DNA of 63,982 nt, the filler included, from Aduncisulcus paluster (Eukaryota), in the NCBI GenBank assembly GCA_024181965.1. It is 8 parts of 8 records of this genome, joined end to end, with 100 filler letters (N's around TTAATTAATTAA, not from the genome) between each part and the next. Parts side by side here need not be neighbours in the genome. Positions count along the whole stretch, not along the records: positions 1 to 13,427 come from BQXS01011100.1; positions 13,528 to 20,433 come from BQXS01011102.1; positions 20,534 to 29,456 come from BQXS01011103.1; 5 more parts are not named here. One strand, written 5' to 3'. Position numbers and translations under genes: made by a program. Below, piece by piece: positions 11,801-22,177 of this stretch (within the stretch, counting starts at the first letter, position 1; the number at the start of each line of letters is the position of its first letter). The notes under the pieces are model-generated. The model was not told the DNA's origin. It searched no databases and was given only the letters and a program-made list of their open reading frames with translations.

Positions 11801-12696
11801 GCAGTGTCATTGACTTTGCAAAGAGTTGGGCTCTTGACCTCAATGAATGCGATCCATCCGAAGATGATGATGATGACCTTGTGTATGACCCTACGAAGAT
11901 CGCTGCCCTGAGTGTGGATATCATTGAATGCATGTCCAATCTGTTCAAGGCGAAGAAGAAGCTCATCCATCGTGACATCAAGCCTGAGAACTTCCTTGTT
12001 CGTTTCACGTCTCCCGATGAATACTGTAAGGTTGTTCTTGGAGATCTTGGGTTTGTCGAGATCCATGATTCCATGTCACGTCAGAGTTCATTCCAGACGC
12101 TCAGATCAGATGATTCGTCCTCATCAGAAACTCCCAAGGATGGCTCTGATCCACATGGTCGTAGTCATCGTTGTATTGTGGGCACTCTGTGTTACAATGC
12201 ACCCGAGAGTCTTCAACATGGACGGTACTCTCAAGCCAGTGACACATGGGGATGCATCCTGACGATATGGTCTTTGTTCAACAACATGGAACAACCATTC
12301 ATGAGTCATCCACAAGTGACATGTATCGATCCATCTGATGAAGATTATAACATGAAACTTATTGCAGCTTTGAGACATTTAATGGCAACCAAAGATACTC
12401 TCCCACGTTTGGATGACTCTGAGCTCTTCCTTGAACTCAAGACAATGTGTGATGGAAAGTTCAAGCCAGTGTATGATAATCTTCTTGCTGTGTTTGAGGG
12501 TATCATGGAACCAGACAAGTCTGAACGAATGACAATTCATGATGCACGTAAACTGACGGATGAGATCAAACATTTTCTCCCTCGAGTTGGTGGAGAATGG
12601 GAGTGTCCATCCATTGATGAATACATTCATCGACAACTTGTAGAATATGAAGGAAGAACGGGTTCAGACTTCATCAAAGGTTCTATGGAGGAATGA
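8809..12696 (+). CDS. Spliced gene: four copies of the repeated domain plus a C-terminal Ser/Thr protein kinase; exons 8809-8820, 8912-8914, 9003-10081, 10212-10754, 10864-12696; exon 3 carries a frameshift and an in-frame TGA
   Basis: Kinase motifs GVGGFGEV, ALK, HRDIKPEN, DLG and APE in 10903..12696. Introns 10082-10211 (GTACGT..AAG) and 10755-10863 (GTATGT..TAG) are phase 0 and link domain-encoding frames. The upstream exons are inferred from GTATGT donors and frame. Confidence 0.7.
10082..10211 (+). other. Spliceosomal intron, 130 nt
   Basis: GTACGT donor, T-rich body, TAAG acceptor; joins SSYSSI to ITIKSSSGVGTKRYPPIP in frame. Confidence 0.75.
10755..10863 (+). other. Spliceosomal intron, 109 nt
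   Basis: GTATGT donor, T-rich body, TAG acceptor; joins FISSA to PSISSTIFNRKDRLHPP in frame with the kinase ORF. Confidence 0.85.
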
Positions 12697-13186
12697 AGGT
12701 TGAGGATTAGAAAGTGTTTTTCAAATTATTTGGAGGTCCAATAAAAAAATATCGTGAAAAGAACTTCAGATCCTGAACTATTATAATATTATAATGTAGT
12801 GATGGTTGAGATTAGGATCTCAAAATTCCAACTAAAAAAAAGCATCGTATCAGGACACAACCCCAAGATTTCCGTTGATAGAAACTGAAATTCTTGTATA
12901 ATTTCACAATGAAACAGGTAATTTGATACAATCTTGATATCATTCCATAAACCACCAAAAAACTCATAAAACAGAATAAACTCGATTAAATTCGAAGTAA
13001 ACCAAGAAATTTAGCAATATGAATTCTATTTTTAGATCATCTATTTATAGAACATGGAAAAAAATACCAATCAATAAATTAAATAATATTTCAATATTTT
13101 CCAAATTACGCTGTTTTTTTTATGAATTAATCGAAAGATTTCCATTTCGTACCCTCCTTCAATCCTTAAGCAAAAAACCAATAAAT

Positions 13187-13258
13187 CGCCTGCTACGGGG
13201 CTCGAACCCGCGACCGTGCGGTTAAAAGCCGCACGCTCTACCACTGAGCTAAACAGGC
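13187..13258 (-). tRNA. tRNA-Lys(TTT)
   Basis: Reverse complement reads GCCTGTTTAGCTCAGTGGTAGAGCGTGCGGCTTTTAACCGCACGGTCGCGGGTTCGAGCCCCGTAGCAGGCG: full cloverleaf, anticodon loop CTTTTAA, GTTCGA T-loop. Confidence 0.97.
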
Positions 13259-13427
13259 ACATCAATGTTTTTCATATAAATATATGAAAAAAGTATTGAC
13301 CAAATTTCAAAATCCTATTTCAAAATTTACAATTAAATTTATTTTATTTTTAAAACAAAAAATTGCCCTTCAAGATATAAGAGCTCACCGAACTCATTTA
13401 TTAATACTAATTTATTATGACAAAACA

Positions 13428-13527
13428 NNNNNNNNNNNNNNNNNNNNNNNNNNNNNNNNNNNNNNNNNNNNTTAATTAATTAANNNNNNNNNNNNNNNNN
13501 NNNNNNNNNNNNNNNNNNNNNNNNNNN
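13428..13527. other. Artificial contig linker N44-TTAATTAATTAA-N44 (also at 20434-20533, 29457-29556, 44157-44256, 48495-48594, 52854-52953, 60192-60291)
   Basis: Identical 100-nt spacer with a six-frame stop core, repeated seven times. Confidence 0.98.
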
Positions 13528-14789
13528 GGAGTAGGCACAGCGGCAATGATCACTTCCAACGGGGCAGAAACCACTTCAACCCAAGAATCGGTGGACGAGG
13601 AAGAGGAAGAGGAGGAAGATCCGGCCGACGAACAGGTCCCTTGAGTATCCTGGACCTGTAAGGATATGACAAAATCATTCGTCGTCACACTGAGTGCACC
13701 CGGCATCATGGACACGTCGGGATCGCTCCCAAGGTCAAACACGGCACGAAGAGGTGTGGAATCGGGTAGAGAGGAGACGCATTGCGGCAAAGAGGAGAAC
13801 ATTTGCTCGAGAGTGGCGAGGGTGAAGGGGAAAGGGAAGTTAGTGAGATCATTCGCTTCAATTTCATAGTGGAAGAACCCATCAATGCGGTTGTACGCAT
13901 GGAATGCAGAAGCTAGGAAATCAGGTTTCATAATAATTTGTAAATCGCTTGAATCAATGATTGTAGGCATTTCAGTGTATGTGTCTGGATCTACCTGATA
14001 GAATCCTTCTTGAGAGCCATCATAAAATATCTGAGAAAATGGTTGGGTGTAATAGCCATCATAAATTGGAGGATCAAAGGTCATTCGGTTATCAATATAT
14101 ATTCCATTAACCTGATCGCTTATAACACAATGAGAACAAGCCATAAATCCTTCAACCACTTCATTAAGCATGGCAGATAATTGGGTATTAACTTCTTCTT
14201 CCAGAGCAACTGCCAGAACAGAAGAGACAGCACTCAAAATATCACTGAAAAGATCAGAAACATCATTAGAAGTCATATCAAATTCGCCAAAGGTCAAATT
14301 AATTGTGGAAACATCAAAATATTCACAGTGATTTTCAGAGTAGAACGAAGCATTTAGAAATACGGCAGTTTGATCTGCAGTGAGTAAAATATCCGCAGAA
14401 TCAAATGTATACGGATAAACTAACATTTTAAAAGCAAAATTGAAGGATAATTCAAACGAAACTTCATTTGTTTCAACAGAAATACCGGCTTCTTCATCAA
14501 GATCGATGGAAAAATCCCCAAGGGCTGCGCCTTCAAATGAAATTTCAGTAACATCAATTTGGATAATATTAGTTTGAAAGTGAATATCAGGAATATCCTG
14601 AGATATCAACTCTCCAATGATTTCTTGTGAATATGGAACTGCAATGGCATTTAATCCATGTTGTGTCGTCGTTATATAAGTAGTAGGGAATAAAGTTTGA
14701 AAAGTCAAAGTAAAAAGAGATAATAATAGTAGCGGCCACAATAATTGAAAGTGGAATATTAGAATCCGAAAAAACCAATGGGAAGCCAT
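13528..14789 (-). CDS. BPI/LBP/CETP (TULIP) family lipid-binding protein, secreted, 3' truncated
   Basis: Hydrophobic signal peptide, then ITTTQHGLNAI...ISQDIPDIHF, resembling the BPI1 start (ITQKGLDY...IPDI). Later LQIIMKPDFLASAFHAY resembles the BPI2 start. Confidence 0.65.
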
Positions 14790-15154
14790 AATAGAATATT
14801 AAATATTATAGTTATAAAGAAATCGAAAACAATAGAAAATGTAAATGGCCGACACAACTTGGATTATGACAGGAAAATACGAATGGGATGATCTGGGCAC
14901 TGGCCAAGTGGGCAGAAAATTACACTCAATATAATGCAAGTTTGGGTGACAATATATCACATCAATCAATGCCATTGTTGTTTTATCGTAGTTTTACATT
15001 GTTTTGTTGTTAATTTGTGTTCTGATCAAGAAGATACTTGTCACTCAGTGACATGTATGGCTTACATTCGGAAAATTATGATTATCTTCCTTTTCCCGAG
15101 TCATCCTTTAAATATTTCTTTGTTTTCTTGTAAAAAAACATTCAAATTTTACTC

Positions 15155-17119
15155 ATGATCCCGCAAATGTCTTCTTCTATTGATAAGTCCACCGTTGGAG
15201 TTTCAATCAATTGGGATAAATGCATTAAATGTGGTGCGTGTGTAATGGCCTGTCGAAATCAAGGTATGAATGTATATGAATTTGATCGAACTAAAGATAA
15301 ACATCCAGTCATCACCTCCCTCGTCAAGCAATCTGAAGAAGGTAAAATTGTTCTTCTCAAAGATTCTCCGTGTATTGAATGTGGGCAATGTGTGTCCGTT
15401 TGTCCAACACAGGCAATATTTCCAGGGGGCAGTGACTTGCCTAGAGTTAGGGAGTTACTTTTTTCGAAGATTCTTGGCAATCGTTCGTCTCTCCTCTCGT
15501 CAGCCTGTGCTTCACCTTTGTCAACATCATCAAGATCATCTATTGACACCCCAACTCAATCGTATCTGCAAATTATTAATGAATCTCTTGTAAATGGATC
15601 CAAGGAAGGTGTCTCTCCTGGAGATAAAAAATCTTTTCCATTGCTCCCGGCCTTGATGGAAAAACTTGAGCCATCTATTTTCCAAACAAGACCAATTGTT
15701 GCTCTTGTAGCACCAGCGACTCGTGTTGCTATTGGTGAAGCCTTGGGTGATGGTCAAGATATTAACACTCGACAACTCGTCACCGCCTTACACAAAATCG
15801 GATTCACTCATGTGTATGATGTTCAATGTGGTGCTGATTTTACCACACATGAGGATCTCAAGGAATTGCAAAAAAGTTTAGAAAAAGATGATGGTATTTT
15901 ATTTACTTCTTGTTGTCCTTCTTGGATTAAACTTGTTGAGAAACACTATCCTCATCTGATAAAATATGTTTCCACAGCTAGAAGTTGTGTGTCCATGGTT
16001 GCTTCTCTCGTTCGTCACTTCCAAAAACACGGTCATGAAGCTTTCGTTGTTGACATTATGCCATGCACAGCGAAGAAAACAGAAAGAGTTCGCCCCCAAC
16101 TTAGTGATGTTTATCAAATGGGACGTCATAAATCCAAGCGCAGACATCAACACCGTTCCCATCTTCATGAACTCAAAGAAGGAATGTCACCTTCTCTTGA
16201 CAAAGATTCCAAGAAAAAAGATCAATCTGATAAAATAATTATCCCTGAATCAAAACTACGTCACGTCTCTGTATCGTCAAATTCTCCGATTGACCAAGTA
16301 TTAGCCTCCATCCACTCACCTTCTCAAATCCCTTCAGATCCAATGTCTGCGGATCATTTCATTAGCGGGGGTGAGCGTCGCATGGATATTGATGCTTGTC
16401 TCACAGTTACCGAACTCGCAACCCTATTCAGGGAGTTAGGTTACGGAAGTCTCTATCATCCATCTATCAAGAAAGATGAAAAAACTGAGGAAGGATGCTT
16501 CGATACTCTGTTTAAAGAGAGCAGTGGAAGTTCTTCATGCTATGGTAGACACGGTGGTGTTGCTGGCGCTGTAATGCGAGAACTGTGTAAAGATCTCACT
16601 GGGGATCCTTGCCTCGACACAAGTGGGAAAGTTGCCCCTGTTGATAAAGCATCCAAGACATTCGGAAACTGGCATGAAATATATCGCCTCAGGACAAATG
16701 TTGTATATGAAATTGAAGTTGAAATCCCTACATTCCCTCGCAAGATTAAAATAATTCATGCCACTGGTGGATCAGCCTTGAGATGGGTGTGTGATCAAGT
16801 TACAGAAGATCCAAAGCGCTGGGACTTTGCTGAAATGATGGCTTGCCCTGGAGGATGTATTGGCGGTGGAGGAATGCCAAGAGCTCTCAAACCCTCAATT
16901 AAGGCCAAAAGAGCTAGCCTTCTAGATTCTGTGGATGAACATCAATCGTATCGTCTCGCCTCTCAGAATCCCGTAATCAAACGTCTCTATTCCGATGAAC
17001 TCTCTGGAAATATGATTCATAGACATTTTCACACTTTTTTTGAACCTGAGCTCATTGAAGATGATGTAGAAGAACTTGAAGAGGAGATTGAAGAAGAAAA
17101 AATTATTCAAGAAGAGTGA
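15155..17119 (+). CDS. hydA: [FeFe]-hydrogenase with an N-terminal 2x[4Fe-4S] ferredoxin domain
   Basis: CIKCGACVMAC and CIECGQCVSVCP clusters; H-cluster motifs TSCCPSW, MPCTAKKTE and EMMACPGGCIGGGG; small-subunit-like SQNPVIKRLY...HRHFHT. Confidence 0.95.
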   Translation: MIPQMSSSIDKSTVGVSINWDKCIKCGACVMACRNQGMNVYEFDRTKDKHPVITSLVKQSEEGKIVLLKDSPCIECGQCVSVCPTQAIFPGGSDLPRVRELLFSKILGNRSSLLSSACASPLSTSSRSSIDTPTQSYLQIINESLVNGSKEGVSPGDKKSFPLLPALMEKLEPSIFQTRPIVALVAPATRVAIGEALGDGQDINTRQLVTALHKIGFTHVYDVQCGADFTTHEDLKELQKSLEKDDGILFTSCCPSWIKLVEKHYPHLIKYVSTARSCVSMVASLVRHFQKHGHEAFVVDIMPCTAKKTERVRPQLSDVYQMGRHKSKRRHQHRSHLHELKEGMSPSLDKDSKKKDQSDKIIIPESKLRHVSVSSNSPIDQVLASIHSPSQIPSDPMSADHFISGGERRMDIDACLTVTELATLFRELGYGSLYHPSIKKDEKTEEGCFDTLFKESSGSSSCYGRHGGVAGAVMRELCKDLTGDPCLDTSGKVAPVDKASKTFGNWHEIYRLRTNVVYEIEVEIPTFPRKIKIIHATGGSALRWVCDQVTEDPKRWDFAEMMACPGGCIGGGGMPRALKPSIKAKRASLLDSVDEHQSYRLASQNPVIKRLYSDELSGNMIHRHFHTFFEPELIEDDVEELEEEIEEEKIIQEE

Positions 17120-17335
17120 TACATTTGAAAATTAATTTTTTGGTTGTAACAACGCATCGCTTCAACATCCTGAGTGATATCCAATGACGTGGAGTCATTC
17201 AATTGAATGATTCGAATCTTGCTTATACGAAAAAATTTTATGATCAATTTATGTTTTTAAAGTAATTATGCTGTTCGCCGAAAGGATTAGGTTTATATTA
17301 ATTCTGAAAAAAAAAAAAAAATTCTGAATGGAAAG

Positions 17336-17426
17336 AAAATTTATATAGCAAAATATTACTTATCAAAAGGAAGTCTTTGTTTATTTCTTTTCGCACAAAG
17401 CAGAGTTTGCCGTCATATAAATAAAA
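17336..17426. repeat. Left arm of a 91-bp perfect inverted repeat (partner 18825-18915)
   Basis: AAAATTTATATAGCAAAATATTACTTATCAAAAGGAAGTCTTTG...GCCGTCATATAAATAAAA is the reverse complement of 18825-18915. Confidence 0.95.
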
Positions 17427-17595
17427 AGTCACTTGAATGGGGGTTGATTTATAAAGGCCAATAATTTCATTTTAAAAAAGGAATTATTTCATAAATAACA
17501 ATGGTATTTGCAAAATGGCACAAAAAGTAAAAATAATATCAAATAGTATGAACAATTCATCTTCAATTTTTTTCTTTGTTTCACACGTTCATCCA

Positions 17596-18765
17596 ATGGG
17601 AGAAACAACATATAAAGTAATTGGTATAGTATCGATCATTCTTTCTTTTTGCATTTGTGTTACTGGGTTCATTCTCATTCTTCATGGAGTGTCCGGTCCC
17701 TACTTTGATGCTATGGAAAATTACTACTTTGATTCTATTGATAATTCCAAGTATCCCAGTTTTGACCCCTCTACTGTCGAAGCTCAGTTGACTAATCTCC
17801 GCTTAAATTTGGCTATGAAGTATTATGAATATCCGGATGACGTAACCCTGCCATTTATCTCGTTTTATGGGAGCCAATCAGCTCAAGACAACGACACCGA
17901 AGATTTGTGTGATACCTATAAGATTATGCAACAAAAGGAGTTTGCAAGTTCCTGTGAATATGTTATGTCCGACGTTGACGCGAAACATTTCAAGAAAAAG
18001 TATGGCTTTATTCCCTCCGATGGAGTTTACTCTCTTCAAAGTATGAGTGACATTAATTCCTTCGGGTTTCCCAATGCCGCTACAATCCCTTGGGATGTTA
18101 CTCCTGATCTTCTCGTTTCTTATTCCGACTGTTCAACTCTCCCCTGTGTTTCAGAAGGCAATCGAACCATTGGTTCTTACACTGCCGTCGATGAGGAGTC
18201 ATACTTATCCCAAAAGAAATGCGACAAGCGTGATGGATACATTTGTGACGAAGAATCAAGTCATTATTTAGGGAATAGTGCTTGCATTACTATTTCTTAC
18301 CCAGATACCATTGTTGCCACCTATTCTTACACCAATTCAAAAGTTGGTGCTCCTCTTGGTGCCGTTATCAATGGGGTCTATACCATTGGATCTTCATTCA
18401 CGGATTCTTCCCACACACAAAGCCATAGTTCCGGCACTTGTGGCGACCAAGCTGCTTTTCCTGCAACAAACACCCAATTTTATCTTTATCATGAGAACTC
18501 AATTTGTACTCACTATCTCGATCAATATCCCAAGGGATTTGGAAACGATCCAACCACTCCACTTGTTTGGGGAATTGTCATATTCGTCATTGGTGCCTGT
18601 ATCTGTGTTGTTGGTTTATTGGTCTCCATTCAGGGCCAAAAGAAGTTGAGAGAATTGGCCATGCCACTGAACGAAACTGCTGACTTTGGTGAACACATGA
18701 GCCTATACTCCCCAGGAGCACCCGATATTGGATCAGCTCCTGAGGCAATTAACACAGAATGGTAA
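17596..18765 (+). CDS. Two-TM membrane protein with a large Cys-containing extracellular loop (alternative start 17515)
   Basis: Open frame with N-terminal VIGIVSIILSFCICVTGFILILHGV and C-terminal LVWGIVIFVIGACICVVGLLVSI hydrophobic helices. Confidence 0.8.
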   Translation: MGETTYKVIGIVSIILSFCICVTGFILILHGVSGPYFDAMENYYFDSIDNSKYPSFDPSTVEAQLTNLRLNLAMKYYEYPDDVTLPFISFYGSQSAQDNDTEDLCDTYKIMQQKEFASSCEYVMSDVDAKHFKKKYGFIPSDGVYSLQSMSDINSFGFPNAATIPWDVTPDLLVSYSDCSTLPCVSEGNRTIGSYTAVDEESYLSQKKCDKRDGYICDEESSHYLGNSACITISYPDTIVATYSYTNSKVGAPLGAVINGVYTIGSSFTDSSHTQSHSSGTCGDQAAFPATNTQFYLYHENSICTHYLDQYPKGFGNDPTTPLVWGIVIFVIGACICVVGLLVSIQGQKKLRELAMPLNETADFGEHMSLYSPGAPDIGSAPEAINTEW

Positions 18766-18824
18766 TCGCTTGTCGCTTGTCGCCGATAAGAAGTCTTCTC
18801 AGTCGTTACTGAGAAGCGTATCTA

Positions 18825-18915
18825 TTTTATTTATATGACGGCAAACTCTGCTTTGTGCGAAAAGAAATAAACAAAGACTTCCTTTTGATAAGTAATATTT
18901 TGCTATATAAATTTT
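18825..18915. repeat. Right arm of the 91-bp perfect inverted repeat
   Basis: Reverse complement of 17336-17426; extends to 17331/18921 with a 1-nt gap. Confidence 0.95.
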
Positions 18916-19511
18916 TCTTTCAGAAAAACTTCAGTTTTTGGTTTAAAACAGAGGTCTCCAGACACGTCATACAGCCGGCCTGGGATCAGTTTCCAAAGTC
19001 TTCATTTCATAACGTATCTCAAATTTTTACACCGATTCATTGAGATATTTCGTTCTTAGTTTTATGTGTTATCGTTTGTTTAGTTTTTAATTATGAATGA
19101 TCATTATTCGCCGCTATTCACATTTTATACCTACAAGGTAAAGCAAGTTGCTTCAAGCAAGAAAGTTTCTGAAAATAAAGAAATACGCAAATACTTTTTA
19201 CTCACTGAGGAATAGACAACGTATTCAAATCACATTCAATAATTGGGGAAGCAAGGCAGTGGCACTGGCACTTGGAAAATTCAATTTTGATTATCAAAAT
19301 TTGATAGAAGTTCCTTTCTCCCTGATTCCAAGATTTTTGCAAAAAATTATGTTATAATCATCTTAATAAAGTAGTATATATATAGTATTTTATTGTTATA
19401 CAACTAGAATATACACAAAACCCAATATAGAAAAAAATTCCAAAGTTTTGTCCGCATTTCTCGAACCACAAAGTTTTTTAGAATAATTCAGATAAGAAAC
19501 AATATCATACA

Positions 19512-20433
19512 ATGTCATTGTATAATGCGTTTGATGATGTTGAGTTTTCTAGTTCTGGATCTTTAGATATTGAAAGTTTTAGTGATGATAGTTTCTTGCA
19601 CTCGTTACAATTAGATAAAAAGGATTTAAAGGATAAAAAAGCTCATAAAGAGAAAAAGGAAGCCATTTCAAAGAAGTTACCTCCGCAAACTCCGGTGAAA
19701 CGAAAGGATAAAAAACACGATGACTCTTTATTGCATTTGGATGACTCATTTTCCTTTGAAATGGGCACCACTTCATCTATTTCACATATTATGAATGATA
19801 TTATGAAGTCTTCCGATCGAGGTGATTCTTCATTTGAGTCTCCCTCAGCGGAAGGTGATAAAACTAAATCGCCGCAAAAGTTGTCTGTTGGGGATAGTCA
19901 TTCCTTCGATAGTTTATTTGATACGCCAGCTACAATTAAAAAAGGCAGGAATAAGTCCAAAACACACTCTTCCCCAAACCCCATAAGTCCTCCTCCTCCC
20001 GCCTCCTCTTCAACCCAACGTTCCTCTACGTCAACATCTGCATCGAAGCGTCCACCCTCAGCTAAATCGCATTCCAAGGATCCGAGCCATGAATATGAAT
20101 ATGAATATTTCGATGAGGAAGAAGATGAAGAATCAAAAGGAAAAGAAAGAGAGAAATATGAAGAATCTCATTCTCCAAAAGAATCCATAGAAAACAAACA
20201 AGAGAGAAATATCAAAGATAACAGAAATAATAGCCATAAAAATCATTCCTCAACCTCCAAGAAAGCAGAAGAAGACGAATCATATGAATATGAATATCTC
20301 GAGGAAAGTGAAGAAGATAAGGAGAAGAAAGATAGTAATAATGAGGGATATGAGTATGAATATGAAGACATCACAGTCGATAGTGAGGAAGCAAGGAATA
20401 TCCAGATAAAAGAACAAGAAAGAAAACTCAAAG
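19512..20433 (+). CDS. Low-complexity Ser/Lys/Glu-rich protein with three YEYEY motifs, 3' truncated
   Basis: Open frame from an ATG to the linker. Confidence 0.7.
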
Positions 20434-20533
20434 NNNNNNNNNNNNNNNNNNNNNNNNNNNNNNNNNNNNNNNNNNNNTTAATTAATTAANNNNNNNNNNN
20501 NNNNNNNNNNNNNNNNNNNNNNNNNNNNNNNNN

Positions 20534-22177
20534 GATTCATCGTGCTCATATCTGGAAGATCATCTTGTATGTGGAGTTGATTATTCTGTTGACAATGTTG
20601 ATGATACAGAGTTGACATGTATCTGTGGGTCAGGATACTATGAAGACATATCCTCTGGTGAATGTATTTCTGCTTCTTCTTCTGAATGTTTCAATTGTGG
20701 TGGTGAACGTGGTACATGTGTGTATGATGCTGACTCTGGTGATGAATCCTCCCCACTATTCTGTGAGTGTTCTGATGGATGGTATGGGACTGATTGTTCG
20801 TCCATTTGTCCTGTTTCTGATGATCTTGGTTTGTGCAGTGGATCTTCTCGTGGAACATGTGATGCTGCCACCCATACATGTGTGTGTGAGTCTGGGTATT
20901 ATGGCTCAGCATGCAACCTTTATTGTGATAATTTGTCAAGATGTGGTTTGCATGGTCAATGTGCTGTTGGTGATCTCTCTTCAGATTCTTCTGAGACTAC
21001 CTCTTCTGAGACATTGTATTGCAAATGTGATGCTGGGTGGTATGGGTCAACATGTTCTTCCCAATATCCTGTTGAGACTGTTGAGTATGTGAATGATGAT
21101 GATGAAACAAACCCGACGATCGTTGATTACGTGTGTGGAGTTAATTACTCTACAGATCCATCTTCATCATATTCAGACTATGGAATCTATTCATCAGACA
21201 CTGACACATATTCGTGTGACTGTTCTTCCTATGGTCTCATCACTGATGCCTCAACATCTACATGCATTGATCCTGCGACTCACCCTGAATACAAGGACAT
21301 TGCTGGAAATGACACTGCTTGCTTGACCTGTGGCACAACCACGGATAGTCATGGCATATGTGTTCTTGGTGAGGGAGAAGATAGTCTCATAGCCACGTGT
21401 CAGTGTGAGTATGGATGGGGGAATAATAATAATGTTGATGTTAGTACAACTGTCTCATGCTCTGTTGACATGTGTGGAGTGAGTGAGGATACTTACACAG
21501 AAAGCAATGCAGATCCATCCTCTCTGTGTTCATCGCATGGAATGTGTTATTCATATGATTCCAGTGATTCCAATAATGCTTCAAGTATTCAATATCAGTG
21601 TGCATGTGATGATGGGTGGAATGGTACAATGTGTGGTGAAGAGGATAGCAAGGTGTGGATTACTATTCTCTGGATTTGTGGAGTGATCTTCTGTCTTTCT
21701 ATTATTTTTGGTGTGATTTATGTTATTCTTTGGTCAAGTCTGAGGAAGAAGAATCGTGATGATGAAACCATTGAAAATGAAAAAATGAATGACGATAATG
21801 AAAATCTCCATGGAGAATTGGATGGAAATGAAGTTAGTAGTCATAATGATTCTGCCAGTGATGTATCAGCTAATTCACAGCAAAATACCTCTTCATCAAT
21901 ATCTTCGTCTCCTCAGATTCATCCGAGCTCTCATACTCAAGCTGTTTCTGTAGTTCAAGTACGCGAATCTGATTCTCCATCCTATCCCTTTGAGGAAAGA
22001 CATGGTCTAACACGATCATCTAGTCAAACAAAAGTCACAATTTTGAGGAAAGTGAGGAAACATAGGCCCATTGATCCGAAACTTTCTGAGGCCCTGAAAA
22101 AGAAGAAGAAAAGACTTCAAGGTAGATTTACACTGAAGCCACTTGATCTTGATCTTGATCTTGAGGCTGGAAAATGA
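20534..22177 (+). CDS. Cys-rich EGF-like repeat type-I membrane (surface) protein, 5' truncated
   Basis: Repeated CxCxxG(W/Y)xGxxC motifs, TM helix VWITILWICGVIFCLSIIFGVIYVILW, basic stop-transfer and cytosolic tail. Confidence 0.88.
   Translation, partial: DSSCSYLEDHLVCGVDYSVDNVDDTELTCICGSGYYEDISSGECISASSSECFNCGGERGTCVYDADSGDESSPLFCECSDGWYGTDCSSICPVSDDLGLCSGSSRGTCDAATHTCVCESGYYGSACNLYCDNLSRCGLHGQCAVGDLSSDSSETTSSETLYCKCDAGWYGSTCSSQYPVETVEYVNDDDETNPTIVDYVCGVNYSTDPSSSYSDYGIYSSDTDTYSCDCSSYGLITDASTSTCIDPATHPEYKDIAGNDTACLTCGTTTDSHGICVLGEGEDSLIATCQCEYGWGNNNNVDVSTTVSCSVDMCGVSEDTYTESNADPSSLCSSHGMCYSYDSSDSNNASSIQYQCACDDGWNGTMCGEEDSKVWITILWICGVIFCLSIIFGVIYVILWSSLRKKNRDDETIENEKMNDDNENLHGELDGNEVSSHNDSASDVSANSQQNTSSSISSSPQIHPSSHTQAVSVVQVRESDSPSYPFEERHGLTRSSSQTKVTILRKVRKHRPIDPKLSEALKKKKKRLQGRFTLKPLDLDLDLEAGK

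Noticed and set aside
13428-13527. TTAATTAATTAA palindrome within N runs, repeated seven times
   Set aside because: Artificial six-frame-stop linker used to concatenate contigs; not biological, and gene neighbourhoods across it are not real.
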